Of a DNA stretch of 64,000 nucleotides, positions 9,378-18,790 are shown in pieces; position 1 is the stretch's first letter; each line of letters opens with the position of its first letter. The stretch spans positions 6,147 through 70,146 of the forward strand of contig DATKBJ010000046.1 of NCBI GenBank assembly GCA_035514135.1, given 5' to 3'. This stretch comes from Gaiellaceae bacterium (lineage in GTDB: Bacteria; Actinomycetota; Thermoleophilia; Gaiellales; Gaiellaceae). A model generated the notes under the pieces. The model had not been told where the DNA came from. It was given only the letters and a program-made list of their open reading frames with translations, and ran no database searches. The position numbers and the translations under genes were made by a program.

Positions 9378-11465
9378 GTGCTAGGGCGCAACGATCTAAT
9401 CGGAACTGGACTCGGCGTGCTTGGGGTCACTGCCTCGCTGTTCTACTTAACCCGCGAGACCAGCAACCTGTGGCTTGCCGCGGCGCTCCTTTCTCTCGGC
9501 ATTGTGGCGCTTGCCTGGGTGCTCGCGCGCCGGGATCCGGCGCTCGGGGAGTGCGAACCCCAGAATGGCGCCGATCTCAGTTCACGGGCAACGGAATCCT
9601 GGACGCCCGTGCTGCCTCTCGTCCTCGCCACCGTGGCGACCGCAATCGGCGCGGACCGGTCTTTGGGCGCCGGACGGTCGGAACCCGTCGGTTGGGACAT
9701 CGGCGTCCCGTGGTTGATCGGAATTGCGCTGTTCGCCGCCGCCGCCTGGTGGCCCACGATTCGGGCGTCGATCGATGCCGTCGGTGACGGTCCGCGACCG
9801 GCACGGCGGCCTCCTTCGGGGAGACGCTGGATGCCGTGGGCGGCGATCCTGCCGATCGCGGCGCTGCCCCGGTTGGCCTGGCTGGATCGGTTCCCCACCA
9901 TGATCGATGGCGACGAAGGTCAATACCTGCTGGCGGCGGTTGCCGCCCGCACTGGGAACATGACCAATCCCTTCACGACCGGATGGTTTGGCATCCCGAA
10001 CCTCTATCCCGCCGCGGGGGGCTGGCTGGCCCATTTGACGGGAGCCGACCTGGTCGGGCATCGCGCACTGGGCGCACTGGTCGGAACTGTCGGAGTGATC
10101 GCAACCTGGCGCTACGGGCGTCGTGTGGTTGGCCCCTGGCCAGCGATTGTGGGGGCCGGCCTGATGGCGACGTTGCCGTTCCACCTCCATTTCAGCCGGA
10201 CCGCACTGGCTCACATCATGGACCCCACGACGTTGATCTTCGCCCTGCTCTTCCTGTGGCGCGGCGTTCACGACGGTCGGCGAGGTGACGCGTTCCTGTG
10301 CGGGGTGATGGTGGGCATCGGCTGGTACGGCTATTGGGGAGCCCGGGTCTACCCGGTGATTGTCGCCCTGATCCTGGTGATAGTCGCCACGGATCGCCGG
10401 TTGGGGTTGCGCGGCGCGATCCGGCTGGGAGCCTGGTCCGCGGTGGGGTTCGTGGCGACCACGATGCCGTTGCTGATGTCGTTGGTGCGCAATCCCGGCG
10501 AGTTCCAGAACCGCCTTGCCGCCACGTCCCCGTTCAGCCTCGGCGCCTGGAGAGATGATCCGGGCGCTGTTCTCGAGCTCTATGTCACCAACCTGCGGGA
10601 TTCGCTCTTCTTCCCGTTTTTCGGAAACGAGCAAATCTTCTTCCGGAACCCGGCTCCGTTTCTGGGCTGGCCGATGGCATTGCTCGTTGCGATCGGAGTG
10701 TCGGTCTGGATTGCCGCCGCGCTACTCCGGAAGGGCGGGTGGCGGAACGGAGCCTGGCTCTTCGTGCCGTGGGTGGTGCTCACCCTTGGCGTCGCCACGA
10801 CCTACCCAGTCCAGAGTCAGCGATTCATGGCACTGACGCCGTTCTGGGCGCTCGCCGCCGGCTCGGGCCTGGTCGCCATCGCGCGCTGGGTCACGGCCGT
10901 ATACCGGCCGGCGCCGATCGCGGCCGCACGCATTGCGACGGTCGCGGCGGTCGCACTTCTGGCGCTCACCAACCTTGCCTGGATAGCTTCGGAAGATCGC
11001 CAGATCACTACCTATGGCGATGCCCGGACATTTGCTGCCTGGGACATCGGTTGGCGCCTTGCGAACGGAGACTCCGGCGAAGCGGAAGGGCCGCCGGTGC
11101 TGTTCGCGGGGTCGCCATTCATGTTTATCGGCTCCTGGGCTAACTTGCGCTTCCAGGCGCCCAACGCGAATCTTGCGGACGTCCTGGAGCCGATGCCCAA
11201 TGCGGCCAGCGTCCCGCCGTTGCTGCCCGGCACACTTCTGCTGATTGTTGGCGAGCGTACCGCCGAGCAATGCGCCGTCCTCCAGGCGTACCCCGGCGTC
11301 ACTGTTGCCGAGGTCCGATCGAGGCAGGGCCAGATGCTCTATCTCGCCTTCTACCGGGGAGCCTTGCCCGGGTGGGCGACGGCTTCGACGCCGGGAGAAA
11401 CAACGTTCACGATTGTGGAACCCTCGGCATGCGACGCAAAGGTGAGGCGAGTTGTTCCGTCATGA
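9378..11465 (+). CDS. GT-C fold membrane glycosyltransferase, family 39 / ArnT-PMT-like
   Basis: 695-aa polytopic ORF. The first extracytoplasmic loop carries DGDEGQY. The C-terminal soluble region is about 170 aa. Confidence 0.6.
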   Translation: MLGRNDLIGTGLGVLGVTASLFYLTRETSNLWLAAALLSLGIVALAWVLARRDPALGECEPQNGADLSSRATESWTPVLPLVLATVATAIGADRSLGAGRSEPVGWDIGVPWLIGIALFAAAAWWPTIRASIDAVGDGPRPARRPPSGRRWMPWAAILPIAALPRLAWLDRFPTMIDGDEGQYLLAAVAARTGNMTNPFTTGWFGIPNLYPAAGGWLAHLTGADLVGHRALGALVGTVGVIATWRYGRRVVGPWPAIVGAGLMATLPFHLHFSRTALAHIMDPTTLIFALLFLWRGVHDGRRGDAFLCGVMVGIGWYGYWGARVYPVIVALILVIVATDRRLGLRGAIRLGAWSAVGFVATTMPLLMSLVRNPGEFQNRLAATSPFSLGAWRDDPGAVLELYVTNLRDSLFFPFFGNEQIFFRNPAPFLGWPMALLVAIGVSVWIAAALLRKGGWRNGAWLFVPWVVLTLGVATTYPVQSQRFMALTPFWALAAGSGLVAIARWVTAVYRPAPIAAARIATVAAVALLALTNLAWIASEDRQITTYGDARTFAAWDIGWRLANGDSGEAEGPPVLFAGSPFMFIGSWANLRFQAPNANLADVLEPMPNAASVPPLLPGTLLLIVGERTAEQCAVLQAYPGVTVAEVRSRQGQMLYLAFYRGALPGWATASTPGETTFTIVEPSACDAKVRRVVPS

Positions 11466-11734
11466 GATGAGGGGGCCAAGGTGACAACCGTGAACCACGA
11501 TGCCGAAACCCCAGAATCCGGCTGTCGCTTGCGGCCCGCCGAGCTCGCGTTGCAGCCTGGGCGGGTTGTAGAAGGTCTCGACGTAGTCGAAGACCGCCGT
11601 CCGCGCCGTTGCCGCCGCCGCGCGCCGACCTCGCGGGCGATCTCACGGGCCGGCCGGTCGCTCGAGCGAACGAACGCGACCGCTTCAGTGCCGAACTGCT
11701 CGGGATATGGACGGCGATATGGGATCCTGGACAT
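11460..11734 (-). mobile_element. IS3-family insertion sequence relic (orfA N-terminus fused to orfB C-terminus, frameshifted)
   Basis: The minus-strand translation starts MSRIPYRRPYPEQFGTEAVAFVRSSDRPAREIAREVG, which is the IS3/IS911 OrfA HTH start. After a frame change it reads ARTAVFDYVETFYNPPRLQRELGG, which is the typical OrfB tail. The whole catalytic core is missing. Confidence 0.7.
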
Positions 11735-11794
11735 GGACACCGATCCTTCCGGCCAGGTCGGACACTGCCGACCAAGCGCTCGGGTGTCCACAAA

Positions 11795-13336
11795 ATGGTT
11801 ACCACTCCAACCGACATGAACGTGAACACGTCGACGTCGAGCAAACCAGCAGACGCGGCAGCCGTCGCCAATGTCGTCGTGGTCGGCGCCGGACCGGCCG
11901 GCCTGACGGCTGCCTACGAGCTGACGAAGCGCGACGTCACCGTCACCGTGCTCGAAGCGGACGTCGTCGTCGGGGGCCTCGCCCGGACCGTCGAACGTGA
12001 CGGCTGGCGGTTCGACATCGGCGGTCACCGCTTCTTCACGAAGGTCACTCGGGTCGAGGACCTCTGGCACGAACTGCTCCCTGACGACCTCCTCCTGCGG
12101 CCACGCATGAGCCGGATCTACTATGGCGGCAAGTTCTTCGACTACCCGCTGAAAGCCGGGAACGCGCTGCGCAACCTCGGCTTGGTGGAGGCCGCGCGGT
12201 GCGTGCTGTCCTACGTCGGAGCCTGGCTTCGACCTCCACGGGATCAGTCGACGTTCGAGGGATGGACCGCAGCGCGCTTCGGGTGGCGGCTGTACCGAGT
12301 GTTCTTCAAGACCTACACCGAGAAGGTGTGGGGCGTCCCGGCGACCGAGATCCAGGCCGACTGGGCCGCCCAGCGGATCAAGAACCTGTCCCTCGGATCG
12401 GCCATCTTCAACGCGCTCCGTCTTCGTCGCGGCGGCGGAAACCGGACCGAGATCACCAGCCTCATCGAGCAGTTTCTCTACCCCCGCCTCGGCCCAGGGA
12501 TGATGTGGGAGCGTTGTCACGAGCTCGTGGCAGCTGCGGGTGGCATCGTGGCCCTCGGCGCCCGGGTCGTGCGCATCTGCCACGTCGACGGGCGCGCCTT
12601 CGCCGTGGAGTCGACCACGGGCAGCGGGCCCGCAGCACATCAGGTGGACCACGTCATCTCGTCGATGCCGCTCCCTCACCTCGTCCTCGCCATGGACCCG
12701 CCACCACCCGACGATGTTCGCCGCGCCGCCGAAGCGATCGGGTATCGCGACTTCCTCACCGTCGCGCTCGTCGTGCCGGTCGAGGACGCCTTCCCCGATA
12801 ACTGGATCTACGTGCACGCTCCTGAAGTCCGGTTGGGCCGGGTGCAGAACTTCGGCTCCTGGTCCCCAGACATGGTGAAGCCGGGCCGGACGTGCCTCGG
12901 GCTGGAGTACTTCGTGTTCGAAGGCGACGATCTCTGGGACCTCCCCGACGACGAGCTGATCGAGTTCGGCACGAGCGAACTCATCACGCTCGGGCTGCTG
13001 CGCCCCGGGCGAGTGAAAGCCGGGTACGTGATCCGGATGCCGCTCGCTTACCCGGTCTACGATGAGGCCTACCAGCGCAACGTCGACGTGCTCCGCCGCT
13101 GGCTGCACGAGGTCGCCGCCAATGTGCATCCGGTCGGGCGCAACGGCATGCACCGCTACAACAACCAGGACCACTCGATGTACGCCGCCATGCTCACGGT
13201 GGAGAACATCTGCGACGGGGCGAGCCACGACGCGTGGACGATGAACGTAGACGAGTACCACGAGGTGATCGACGGTGCGGCCTCCGGCGGCACGGGTCGC
13301 GACGCACCCGTGCTGCCGCGTGAGAGCCGGCGTTAG
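11795..13336 (+). CDS. NAD(P)/FAD-dependent oxidoreductase of the UGM / amine-oxidase-like group common in polysaccharide loci
   Basis: VVVVGAGPAGLTAAYEL Rossmann motif, plus GGLARTVERDGWRFDIGGHRFF and FFKTYTEKVWG. The start was chosen at ATG 11795 (alternative 11816). The listed 11609 start runs through the IS relic. Confidence 0.75.
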   Translation: MVTTPTDMNVNTSTSSKPADAAAVANVVVVGAGPAGLTAAYELTKRDVTVTVLEADVVVGGLARTVERDGWRFDIGGHRFFTKVTRVEDLWHELLPDDLLLRPRMSRIYYGGKFFDYPLKAGNALRNLGLVEAARCVLSYVGAWLRPPRDQSTFEGWTAARFGWRLYRVFFKTYTEKVWGVPATEIQADWAAQRIKNLSLGSAIFNALRLRRGGGNRTEITSLIEQFLYPRLGPGMMWERCHELVAAAGGIVALGARVVRICHVDGRAFAVESTTGSGPAAHQVDHVISSMPLPHLVLAMDPPPPDDVRRAAEAIGYRDFLTVALVVPVEDAFPDNWIYVHAPEVRLGRVQNFGSWSPDMVKPGRTCLGLEYFVFEGDDLWDLPDDELIEFGTSELITLGLLRPGRVKAGYVIRMPLAYPVYDEAYQRNVDVLRRWLHEVAANVHPVGRNGMHRYNNQDHSMYAAMLTVENICDGASHDAWTMNVDEYHEVIDGAASGGTGRDAPVLPRESRR

Positions 13337-15249
13337 CAGTAGGGGGGTGCAGCCGCCGGGCACAGCACATCCCTGAACTCGACGAGCCGCAGCGAGTCGG
13401 TGCGCTTGAAGATCCGGACCGGCGGGTGGTCGTACACCCAGAAGGCTTCTTCGGCCGAGACATCGTTGAGCTGCACGCCGAGCAGACCCGGCTCGCTGGT
13501 GAACGACTCGACCTCCGCGTATCCGAGCTTCCCGGCGAAGAGGTCCGCGTAGAAACGCGTCATCAGCGGGAAGCGATCGGGCAGCCGTCCGATGGTGCGC
13601 CACGCGCGGGGTGAGCTGAGCACGTAGTAGTCGGCGTCGCGCAGGGGCTCGTACAGCTTCCGGAGCTTCGCTTCGTCGTCCGGGTCGAACACGGGAATCT
13701 GCAACCCCCGGTACCCACCGGCGGCCTTCGCTGCGGCGACCGTCTCGCCCCAGATCCCGCCGACGGGAAGCGAGTCGTCCCAGTGCTCGTTCGCGATCGT
13801 CGATCCCGGAGGGACGTTGGCCTGGATCCACCGCGTTGCCTCGATGCGCGTGTTGGGGCGGTCGTAGATCTGCACGAACGCGAGCGCGTAGATCGCCGTG
13901 AGGGCGACGAGAACGCCGGACAGCGTCAGGCGGAGACGGGCACGATCTCCGGTGAGCACGACGACGGCGAAAGCTGCGCACACGGGCAGGAGCGGCACGA
14001 GCGGCAGCAGATAGCGGCCCGTATGGACGAACGGCGTACCGAAGCGGAGGAAGACGAGCGCGACGAAGCTCACGATCATGAGCTGCCCCATCACCCGTGC
14101 CACCACATCCGCGGCGGGCCAGGCGCGAGCGCGGACGGTCGCCACAGCCGTGTGTGCGACGAAGACGGCGAGCGCGGCGAGACCGACGAATCCCGCGAAC
14201 GCGAGCGGAACCCCGAGCTGCCACAGCGCGAGGTTCCTGAGTGGGGTCCAGATCGGCTGCGACAGGAGCCACTGGTATGCGGGTGGGAAGTTCGACGGCC
14301 CCGCGATCGCATCCGCCTGGCGCTCGAGCGCGTCGCGGAACTGCGGATTCAGTGAGAGGTCGAGCCAGTTCGAGCTCTGGAACGTGTACGGGGAAGCGAG
14401 TCGGAATGCGAGGTAGGTCGTCACGACGACGAGGCCGGACTCCGCCATCAGTCGAAAGATTGCCGATCGCCCACCCGCCCACCGTGTGACGATGGTCGCC
14501 CTTCCGAGGAGTGCGATCCCCACGGGAAGAACGATCAAAGCGCCGCTCGCCTTGCATGCCACGGTGAGACCGAGCGCTGCGCCAGTCGCCAGGAGCGGCA
14601 GGGATAGTGCGGACGACCCTTCCTCCACGCCGGAGCGGAGGCTGCGGAGCGCCAGGAAGAACGTCAGCGTGCCCATCATTGCGACCCAGATGTCGGTGGT
14701 GAAGAAGTGCGCGTGCTGGATCGCGGTGACGGTGAACGCGTACAGCGCGGCAGCCAGGAGGGCTCCCACCGTTCGTCGACGCCTCTCGTAGTTCGCGAGC
14801 AGGAGCCAGCTGATCCCGAAGACCAGGAAGATCGTCACCCCGTCGACGAGCGCTGCGAGACGCCGGCCGACGAGATTGAGCTCGCCGTAGCCGTCCTGAC
14901 CGACGGCGGTCGCGACCACGCTCGTCGCGGTGAGCGGGAGCATGCCGTAGAGGTAGTTGGTGCCCTCGCTCGTGTTGTAGGGAGATAGCGGCGAACGGTC
15001 CACGTCGAAGTACTCGCGTGGGCCGGTCGGTAGCTCCGTGTTGTCCGCCACGACGCTCAGGTAGCGCTCGTCCGGGTGGAGGTGCTTGCCGTCGTCCCAG
15101 TTCGTTCCGACGAGGCGCAGCGTCAACCCGACGAACGCGATCACGACGAGTCCCAGGACGAGCGTAGAGCGTCGATCCACGCGGCTGATCGCCCCCGTCG
15201 CGGACGTGTCGCGCGCCTGTTGGGGGCGCACCAGAAGGCTCCGCGGCAC
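13333..15249 (-). CDS. GT-C fold membrane glycosyltransferase-like protein (PMT/ArnT-related)
   Basis: 638-aa polytopic ORF with HLHPDERYL in the first loop (DE motif). The soluble C-terminal domain ends in CPAAAPPYC. The start is ambiguous (15249, or GTG 15180). Confidence 0.6.
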   Translation of the reverse strand: MPRSLLVRPQQARDTSATGAISRVDRRSTLVLGLVVIAFVGLTLRLVGTNWDDGKHLHPDERYLSVVADNTELPTGPREYFDVDRSPLSPYNTSEGTNYLYGMLPLTATSVVATAVGQDGYGELNLVGRRLAALVDGVTIFLVFGISWLLLANYERRRRTVGALLAAALYAFTVTAIQHAHFFTTDIWVAMMGTLTFFLALRSLRSGVEEGSSALSLPLLATGAALGLTVACKASGALIVLPVGIALLGRATIVTRWAGGRSAIFRLMAESGLVVVTTYLAFRLASPYTFQSSNWLDLSLNPQFRDALERQADAIAGPSNFPPAYQWLLSQPIWTPLRNLALWQLGVPLAFAGFVGLAALAVFVAHTAVATVRARAWPAADVVARVMGQLMIVSFVALVFLRFGTPFVHTGRYLLPLVPLLPVCAAFAVVVLTGDRARLRLTLSGVLVALTAIYALAFVQIYDRPNTRIEATRWIQANVPPGSTIANEHWDDSLPVGGIWGETVAAAKAAGGYRGLQIPVFDPDDEAKLRKLYEPLRDADYYVLSSPRAWRTIGRLPDRFPLMTRFYADLFAGKLGYAEVESFTSEPGLLGVQLNDVSAEEAFWVYDHPPVRIFKRTDSLRLVEFRDVLCPAAAPPYC

Positions 15250-15275
15250 AGTCGTAGACTAGGGTAGATTCCGGC

Positions 15276-16430
15276 GTGCGACCTATCCGGGTACTGACCG
15301 TTCTCACGTTCTACTACCCGCATTGGACCGGCCTGACGGCACACGCGACTCGGATCGCCGAAGGGCTCGTCACCCGCGGCCACGAGGTGACCGTCATCGC
15401 CGCGCAGCACTCTCCCGAGCTTCCGCTGAAGGAGACGGTCAACGGCGTGAGCGTGGTTCGGCTGCCACCCGTTGCGCGCCTCAGTCGAGGGTGGCTGACT
15501 CCATCGCTTCCATGGCGTGTGCAACGCCTCGCCCGACGTCACCACGTCATCCACTTCCACACCCCGCTTCCCGAAGCACCTGTCGTCGCGGGTATCGGAC
15601 GTGTGCTCCGCAAGCCGATCGTGATGACGCATCAGGGCGATCTCGTGATGCCGGCAGGGTTTGCCAATCAGGCGATGGAAAGGCTGGGCACAGGGCTCCT
15701 GACCCTCGCCGGCCACATGTCGAGCGTCGTCAGCCCGCTGAACAAGGACTACGCAAGCGCGTCCACATTCCTCCAGCGATTCGACGGGAAGCTGGTGCCG
15801 ATCCTCCCCCCGGTCGAGATACCGATCCCGGATCAGAGCGAGGTCGAGCGGTGGAGATCCGAGCTCGGCCTCGAGGATCGCAAGCTGATCGGGTTTGCCG
15901 GTCGCTTCGTCGAGGAGAAGGGCTTCGACTTCCTGCTTCATGCGATTCCGGAGCTCGTGCGAACGGTTCCCGGCGCCCACCTCGTCTACGCGGGTGAGCA
16001 CCAGGTCGTCTACGAGAAGTTCTTCGAGAAGTGCGCGCCTTTCCTCGAAGCGAATCGCGACCACGTCACCTTCGTCGGTCTCATCCAGGACCCCCGGCGG
16101 CTCGCGAACTTCTATGCGATGTGCGATGTCTTCGCGCTCCCCAGCCGTACGGACTGCTTCGCGTCCGTCCAGGTCGAGGCGATGCTGTGCGGAACGCCCG
16201 TGGTCGCCGCAGACATCCCGGGAGCGCGGGTGCCCGTCCGAACCACTCGAATGGGCGTGCTCGTCGAGCCGCGAGATCCCAGCGCCCTCGCGGCCGGAAT
16301 CCGCGACGTGTTGATGAAGCCGTCCGAGTACCGGCGTACGCGAGAAGAGATCCGGACTCACTTCGATCCGGTGAAGAGCATCGACGCGTACGAGGAGTTG
16401 TTCACGCGCTTGACGTCGTCTCGCCGATGA
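15276..16430 (+). CDS. Family 4 (GT-B, Glycos_transf_1) glycosyltransferase
   Basis: RVLTVLTFYYPHWTGL N-terminus, and a GRFVEEKGFDFL ... E(x7)E-type C-terminal half (SVQVEAMLCGTPVV). Confidence 0.85.
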   Translation: MRPIRVLTVLTFYYPHWTGLTAHATRIAEGLVTRGHEVTVIAAQHSPELPLKETVNGVSVVRLPPVARLSRGWLTPSLPWRVQRLARRHHVIHFHTPLPEAPVVAGIGRVLRKPIVMTHQGDLVMPAGFANQAMERLGTGLLTLAGHMSSVVSPLNKDYASASTFLQRFDGKLVPILPPVEIPIPDQSEVERWRSELGLEDRKLIGFAGRFVEEKGFDFLLHAIPELVRTVPGAHLVYAGEHQVVYEKFFEKCAPFLEANRDHVTFVGLIQDPRRLANFYAMCDVFALPSRTDCFASVQVEAMLCGTPVVAADIPGARVPVRTTRMGVLVEPRDPSALAAGIRDVLMKPSEYRRTREEIRTHFDPVKSIDAYEELFTRLTSSRR

Positions 16431-17314
16431 CCGAAGGGACGCGATCGCTCTCCGATGGCGATCGGCTGGTGCTCGAGCGGCTTCTGACGAACGAGGCGGA
16501 CATGGCATTCAGGCGTCGCGTGCCGATCCTGCTCGATTACCTCGAGCTCACGGACGACGTGGACGTGCTCGACTGCGGCTGCGGCATGGGCTTCTACCTG
16601 ATGGCGATCAGGGAGCTCCGACCGAGTGCTCGGCTCACGGGCGTCGATCCCGACGCCGAACGCCTTCGGTTTCTCGAGGATCTCGGCGTGAGCGCACGGG
16701 CAGTCGTGGGAGATGCGCGCGCTCTCCCTTTCGAGGACGAGTCGTTCGACAGCGTCCTGATGAGCGAGGTCCTCGAGCATCTTCGCGACGACGACGCTGG
16801 TTTGCGCGAAGCGCTCCGGGTCCTCCGTCCCGGCGGCGTTCTCGCGATCTCCGTGCCGCACGCTCGATATCCGTTCTGGTGGGATCCCATCAATGCGACC
16901 TGGATAGGACTGGGCGGCCGGCCCATCCGGAGTGGCCCGATCGCCGGGATCTGGTCGAACCACGAGCGCCTTTACGAGCCCGAGCAGCTCGAGTCGCGTG
17001 TTCGAAGCGCAGGTTTCTATGTCGAGGACAGCCGCAAGGCGACGCACTACAGCGTGCCGTTCATCCACTTCCTCGTCTACGGGATCGGCAAGCCGCTGAT
17101 CGAGAAGGATCTGCTTCCCAGCGGCATGCGGTCGAGCGCGGACAGGTTCTCCGGGATGGAGAACAGCAGTTCCCCGCTCAACCCCTTCAACGCTGCGCGG
17201 TCGCTCTTTCGCGCCGTGGACCGTCTCAACGACGGGCCGCGGGCAGCCGGAAAGAGGACGTTCGTTAACGTTCTACTGAAGGCGCGAAAGCCCGGTCAGC
17301 CGACCGCGGGCTGA
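16427..17314 (+). CDS. Class I SAM-dependent methyltransferase
   Basis: VLDCGCGMGFYL motif I and LRPGGVLAISVP. The ATG at 16427 overlaps the upstream stop (ATGA). The listed 16031 start lies inside the GT4 gene in another frame. Confidence 0.8.
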   Translation: MTEGTRSLSDGDRLVLERLLTNEADMAFRRRVPILLDYLELTDDVDVLDCGCGMGFYLMAIRELRPSARLTGVDPDAERLRFLEDLGVSARAVVGDARALPFEDESFDSVLMSEVLEHLRDDDAGLREALRVLRPGGVLAISVPHARYPFWWDPINATWIGLGGRPIRSGPIAGIWSNHERLYEPEQLESRVRSAGFYVEDSRKATHYSVPFIHFLVYGIGKPLIEKDLLPSGMRSSADRFSGMENSSSPLNPFNAARSLFRAVDRLNDGPRAAGKRTFVNVLLKARKPGQPTAG

Positions 17315-17532
17315 ACTCGGCCCGTCCGCCGGAGTCGACGCGCAACCACGACGCCCGCTGCGACGAGGAACAACGGCAGAACATTCAGAAGATGGAGCAC
17401 GAACGCGTACGAGAGCGCGACGGAGCCGCCGACGTCATACGCCGTCAGCACGACGACGGTCGCTCCCTCGAATACGCCTACGGCAGCGGGCGACGAAGGG
17501 ACGATGACTGGGAGCGAGGGCGATACACGTGC
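17296..17532 (-). pseudogene. 3' fragment of a flippase-like / lysylphosphatidylglycerol-synthase-TM-region (UPF0104) family gene
   Basis: Minus-strand frame reads SLPVIVPSSPAAVGVFEGATVVVLTAYDVGGSVALSYAFVLHLLNVLPLFLVAAGVVVARRL, which matches the typical C-terminal P.GlGv.E segment of the family. The frame is closed by TAA at 17533-17535, so about 250 N-terminal codons are missing. Confidence 0.55.
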
Positions 17533-17645
17533 TTATGAGGCCGTATCCGGCTCATCCTCCGGATGCTCGCGTCCGTGTAGCGCCCGCCCCGCGGGCGTCC
17601 TCGTCGGCCTCGCGGTGGATGGCACTCGGCACAGCGGAGCACCGA

Positions 17646-18674
17646 TTAGCCCTCCGCGCTCGTGCCACTTCCTTCACGCAGTGCCGCGGCAGCCGGATAC
17701 ATCGCGGTGCCATTCGGTAGCAGCCAGAAGTCCGGGCCCGGGATCGAGTCAGGCGGATCAACGCCTGCCTCCTGAAGCACGCGCTTCGTCAAGCCGGTGA
17801 GCGAGTAGATCTCACCATCGAAACGCCACCTCATCGACCGCGCGGGTCAGAGCCCCATTCGACTCTGCGATTCCCATCTCTGGCTTCTCCTGGAGCAGGC
17901 GCTCAACGTCAGGACGCCAATGGCCATTCAGTGTGTCGAGACCCAGCCGAAGCACTGTCCCTTCTTCGATGAGCCCCGCCTCCGCCAGCACCAGCACTGA
18001 GTTCGCTCCGCGACTTCGCCGCGCCCTGACCTCCTGCTCCTGCTCGCGACGACGCCGACGCCCGACGTAGTCCTCGTGACCGGGAGCGGGAGCAGCTGCC
18101 GCGATGTGATCGCGGACTCCCCGTCAAGCAGGCGTGCCGTGACCTGGATGCATCCAATGTCGACACCGAGCCGGAGCCACAGAACGACGGACGTGACGCC
18201 GGGGCCGAAGCTCCCAGCCACCAGTCGTATACGCGTCTGCGCGATTCCGTCCTCATCGACACCCGGGGCATGCGAGAGGATCTGCGAGCGGGCCTCCTCT
18301 TCGCTCGTCCCATGAAAGCGCTCGTACTCCTCGACCACTTCGTCGACCGTCATCGTCGAGCAGAATGCCGCGTACTTCAGCGCCTGGAGGTCGGTCGTGT
18401 CGGGCGCTCGGTCGCGCTTAGCTCCGCGATCAGCAGCGCATCCGATCTATCGAGGAAGAGCACGTCAAGCCGATCCTCGACCCGCTGATCGCGAAGCTCC
18501 CACCGATCGAACTCGCTCGTGACAAGGAGCAGGTCTGGCTCGACTAGCTCCGGGTGCTCAGTCACCCAGCGTGGAGATCTCGTCGCTCCGGCAGCCAGCT
18601 TCCTGAAGCGAGGCCTCGCTGATCGTGCGGATCGAGCCTGAATGTAAGTCGACGACGAGCGCCGTCTCCGACAT
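17646..18674 (-). pseudogene. NucS/DUF91-like PD-(D/E)xK nuclease-family gene with several frameshifts
   Basis: The pieces lie in three minus-strand frames. In order they read: MSETALVVDLHSGSIRTISEASLQEAG...; VTEHPELVEPDLLLVTSEFDRWELRDQRVEDRLDVLFLDRSDALLIAEL; LKYAAFCSTMTVDEVVEEYERFHG...VAGSFGPGVTSVVLWL; LVLAEAGLIEEGTVLRLG; and WRFDGEIYSLTGLTKRVL. Confidence 0.6.
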
Positions 18675-18790
18675 GCTCGGAGCCTATCGCGGGATCCGCA
18701 CCAGCAAGCACACACCCTCAGCAGGGTCAGTGATACGGAAACGTCGACCTCGCGTACCTACGGCTTCAAAGTACGCTGAGTCGCCTTGAG

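Noticed and set aside
11351-15307. 1318-aa ORF on the minus strand, the longest in the track
   Set aside because: It is Arg/Pro/Gly-rich low-complexity translation. It runs antisense through the FAD oxidoreductase gene and out of frame through the GT-C gene. This is a typical high-GC shadow ORF. Only its extreme 3' part (the IS3 relic) has meaning.
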